Source: a virus
Lineage: Duplodnaviria > Caudoviricetes
Direction: 5' to 3' (one strand)
IMG/VR virus record: IMGVR_UViG_3300021255_000123
Coordinates: 21,435-85,434 of that record
DNA length: 64,000 nt
This document shows, piece after piece, positions 62,008 through 64,000 of this stretch. The position numbers and the translations under genes are program-made. The notes under the pieces were generated by a model. It did not search any database, was not told where the DNA came from, and worked only from the letters and a program-made list of their open reading frames with translations. Position 1 is the first letter of the stretch, and each line of letters begins with the position of its first letter.

Positions 62008-62292
62008 TTAGCTGTTTAATTGTTGGTTAATTTTTTCGATGTCTTCCTTGAATTTGGTGTCCGATTTGAGGGCGACACAGGCTCTGGCGCAGATAATCTG
62101 GACCTGCCTGTCGGTAATGCCGAACAGCTCGGACAGGACGTAGCTCTTGACTCCGTTGGAGTACAGCAACCACATCAGGGCGCTACGGGCGCCGTCGTAG
62201 GGATAGGTGTACTTACCCTTCTTGTACAGGTCGGCGGCATCCACCTTGAAGTGGGCGCTGACCGCTTTCTCTATTTCTGATTTCTGTTTCAT
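62008..62292 (-). CDS. Second stand-alone DnaA domain IV-like protein (start MKQKSEIEK)
   Basis: IEKAVSAHFKVDAADL...ARSALMWLL...LSELFG...D..FKEDIEKINQQL. Confidence 0.7.
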   Translation of the reverse strand: MKQKSEIEKAVSAHFKVDAADLYKKGKYTYPYDGARSALMWLLYSNGVKSYVLSELFGITDRQVQIICARACVALKSDTKFKEDIEKINQQLNS

Positions 62293-62300
62293 TTCGGATG

Positions 62301-62330
62301 CAAAAGTACGAATAATTTTTGATACACGAA
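62301..62330 (-). promoter_or_regulatory. Promoter yielding a near-leaderless mRNA
   Basis: TACTTTTG (62301-62308) lies only 8 nt from the ATG at 62292. Confidence 0.65.
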
Positions 62331-62350
62331 TAAATTTTTTCGCGTTTTCT

Positions 62351-63055
62351 TCAAGATTTTTGGTTAAACATTGTGTCTGAGGGCATTGTGGCGGTAAATT
62401 TTTCACACCAAGACTCCTCTTCGAGCTTTTTCGTGAGAGGATTGTCGCCATCGAACACCTCAATTTTGTGTTTTTGCATCAATGCTTTAGACGCATCGTT
62501 GAGAGTCGCTGTACTTCCGAGCCTTCCATAGAAGTCCTCTTTGAGGTATTTTATCATCCTGTCGGCATGGTGCTTTCTCCGGTGCCCCTCCTTTGTCTCG
62601 ATGGTGTAGATAGTCTTCCACTCTTCGTAACCCTCGCTGTCAAAGCCAACAGCATAAATGCAGCGACAGAACTGCGACCGGGCGTCGTACACTTTGATAA
62701 CCTTTCCTTCCGGGACAACGAACTGGTTGGTAATGTTGCGCTCGGCAATCATGGCAATCTCGATGTCCTCTTGGAGCCTCTTATGGAAGCTGTCCTCGCC
62801 ATCGTCGCTGCACTCCAGACGGTCTATTCTGTTTGCATACGCAAATGCAGCCCGCATGATGATTAAGCCTTTGCGGTATTCTTTCATCGTCTCTTCGCTC
62901 AGGGACCTTGCATAGTTCTGCTCCCAATCGTCCGGGTCAACCTTATCCTCTTCGAGGAGCCTGTGTTCCTCAAACCGTTTCAGCTGCTCGGCGAAAGGAA
63001 TAATGTAGAATGTGTTGAAATGGTCCTGAGCATATTCAAATTTTCCTCCGCTCAT
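62351..63055 (-). CDS. Hypothetical protein with an MSGG.FEY N-terminus (SGDDG-type family)
   Basis: MSGGKFEYAQ...YA.RID.L..SDDGEDSFHKRLQED, a recurrent phage family. Confidence 0.75.
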   Translation of the reverse strand: MSGGKFEYAQDHFNTFYIIPFAEQLKRFEEHRLLEEDKVDPDDWEQNYARSLSEETMKEYRKGLIIMRAAFAYANRIDRLECSDDGEDSFHKRLQEDIEIAMIAERNITNQFVVPEGKVIKVYDARSQFCRCIYAVGFDSEGYEEWKTIYTIETKEGHRRKHHADRMIKYLKEDFYGRLGSTATLNDASKALMQKHKIEVFDGDNPLTKKLEEESWCEKFTATMPSDTMFNQKS

Positions 63056-63336
63056 TGTTTGCCTCCTTTCATTGCTAATGAAGCCGCCAGCCGAGCGATA
63101 CGGACTGCTATCTTGTTGTGTTCTACGAATCTCTCCGGCTGAGAGGTGTGGCACACCGTACTGATAGCCGACAGGACGTAGCCGTTAATGATGTCGTTGT
63201 TAATTACGTTTGCATCTGCCCTGCCGTCTTTGCACGAAATCTCAACGATGACGTTGAAGTCATCGTCATTTTGGCTGTGCGCGTACTCTGTGGTAGCACT
63301 CATCAAACAGCCTTCAAATCCGAATTGGTCTTTCAT
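63052..63336 (-). CDS. Hypothetical protein
   Basis: 94-aa ORF with ATGA overlaps. Confidence 0.7.
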   Translation of the reverse strand: MKDQFGFEGCLMSATTEYAHSQNDDDFNVIVEISCKDGRADANVINNDIINGYVLSAISTVCHTSQPERFVEHNKIAVRIARLAASLAMKGGKQ

Positions 63337-63761
63337 ATCTCGTCTCCTTTCAAATCAAAAATATTGCCGACGATTATCATTTTTTTAGTGTACTTAGGCA
63401 GACAAGTGGTAAAGTCGTTAATTGTACCGCAAACATTACCGTGGTAATGGTGTCTGTTCATCTGCCAACCGATATGCCTATCAGCACAATCATTATCATG
63501 CCAAAACACTTCATACGACACGTAATTATTTACCTCTATTCTGTTTTCTGGAGGGTATCGCAAAATGTCGCCCTCAAAAATCTTTGTGTTATTTTTGTCG
63601 GTCAACCCCGTGTACTGCCCGACGGTATCTGGGTCAACACGGTGTAATGTGTCCGTTGTCAAAAACTGTGAAATACAAACACTGGTGCTTCCTTGCATAA
63701 GGTTTCCATAGACCCATTCGCCGTTGTAGATGCATTTGCCTCTGTAAAGTATTTCTCTCAT
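63333..63761 (-). CDS. Second YopX family protein
   Basis: MREILYRGK...GEWVYG...TVGQYTGLTDKNNTKIFEGDI...VGNIFD. Confidence 0.9.
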   Translation of the reverse strand: MREILYRGKCIYNGEWVYGNLMQGSTSVCISQFLTTDTLHRVDPDTVGQYTGLTDKNNTKIFEGDILRYPPENRIEVNNYVSYEVFWHDNDCADRHIGWQMNRHHYHGNVCGTINDFTTCLPKYTKKMIIVGNIFDLKGDEI

Positions 63762-63893
63762 GATTATTTATGTTTTAATGTTTCATCGATACTGTACAAT
63801 GCGCGACTAATCAGCCCTAATGTTAAGGCTATAAAGAACATTAAGACCGCTATAATAATCAATAGTTTCGTCATTGTTCGTCTTCCTTTTTAA
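63758..63893 (-). CDS. Small membrane peptide
   Basis: MTKLLIIIAVLMFFIALTLGLISR-type hydrophobic ORF ending in an ATGA overlap; exact start uncertain. Confidence 0.45.
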
Positions 63894-64000
63894 ATTGCAT
63901 AAGTATTCGCATTCCATTCCTTGTATGGGAATCAAACGATATTCCACTTTCTCCCGAATCAGCCATCTTATTAAGATACCAATCGATAAGCATAAGTATC

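Noticed and set aside
1-64000. CRISPR array or mini-array
   Set aside because: I saw no regularly spaced 25-40 nt direct repeats with unique spacers. The TTCG repeats are short and irregular.
1-64000. Integrase, repressor, DNA polymerase, primase or helicase
   Set aside because: No ORF shows the motifs. They may lie outside the window, so lifestyle cannot be called from absence.
1-64000. Assignment to a named phage family (for example Quimby-, Flanders- or crAss-like)
   Set aside because: The gene content is compatible with DGR-bearing Bacteroidales siphoviruses, but a family call needs TerL/MCP phylogeny, which I cannot run.

Overview
This is about 64 kb of a tailed dsDNA bacteriophage genome (likely incomplete) that infects Bacteroidota, probably Bacteroidales. 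The host call rests on repeated TTTG...TAnnTTTG primary-sigma promoters, A-rich leaders without Shine-Dalgarno sites, and gene families typical of these phages. The genetic code is standard. Layout: (1) 1-8541, a leftward operon of small early or host-takeover ORFs. (2) 7560-9700, an unusual mostly non-coding control region with WATTCG repeats, two perfect chromosomal-type parS palindromes, nested AT-rich hairpins, a boxA-like site and a possible genome end. (3) 9766-17641, rightward accessory genes, two NUMOD4-HNH homing endonucleases, tRNA-Met, a tRNA-like RNA and a structured ncRNA. (4) 17766-23511, a leftward packaging operon: TerL with a class 3 LAGLIDADG intein, then portal. (5) 23774-51731, head, non-contractile tail (two tube paralogs, chaperones with a -1 frameshift, 1853-aa tape measure), lysis genes and large tail or receptor-binding proteins. 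(6) 51783-64000, leftward DNA-metabolism genes (HU, SSB-like, DUF1064, MBL hydrolase, RecT, YopX, two stand-alone DnaA-domain-IV-like proteins) and two more tRNA-like RNAs. The strongest leads are: a diversity-generating retroelement apparently collapsed by deletion (VR and hairpin intact, avd truncated and joined to an RT-like C-terminal scrap, no TR); parS sites with no ParB in the window; three tRNA mimics with intact acceptor and T arms but rebuilt anticodon arms; a multi-stem ncRNA directly upstream of an HNH gene; and rrn-type boxA sites after two promoters. All family assignments come from motif recognition by eye; no database searches were run.
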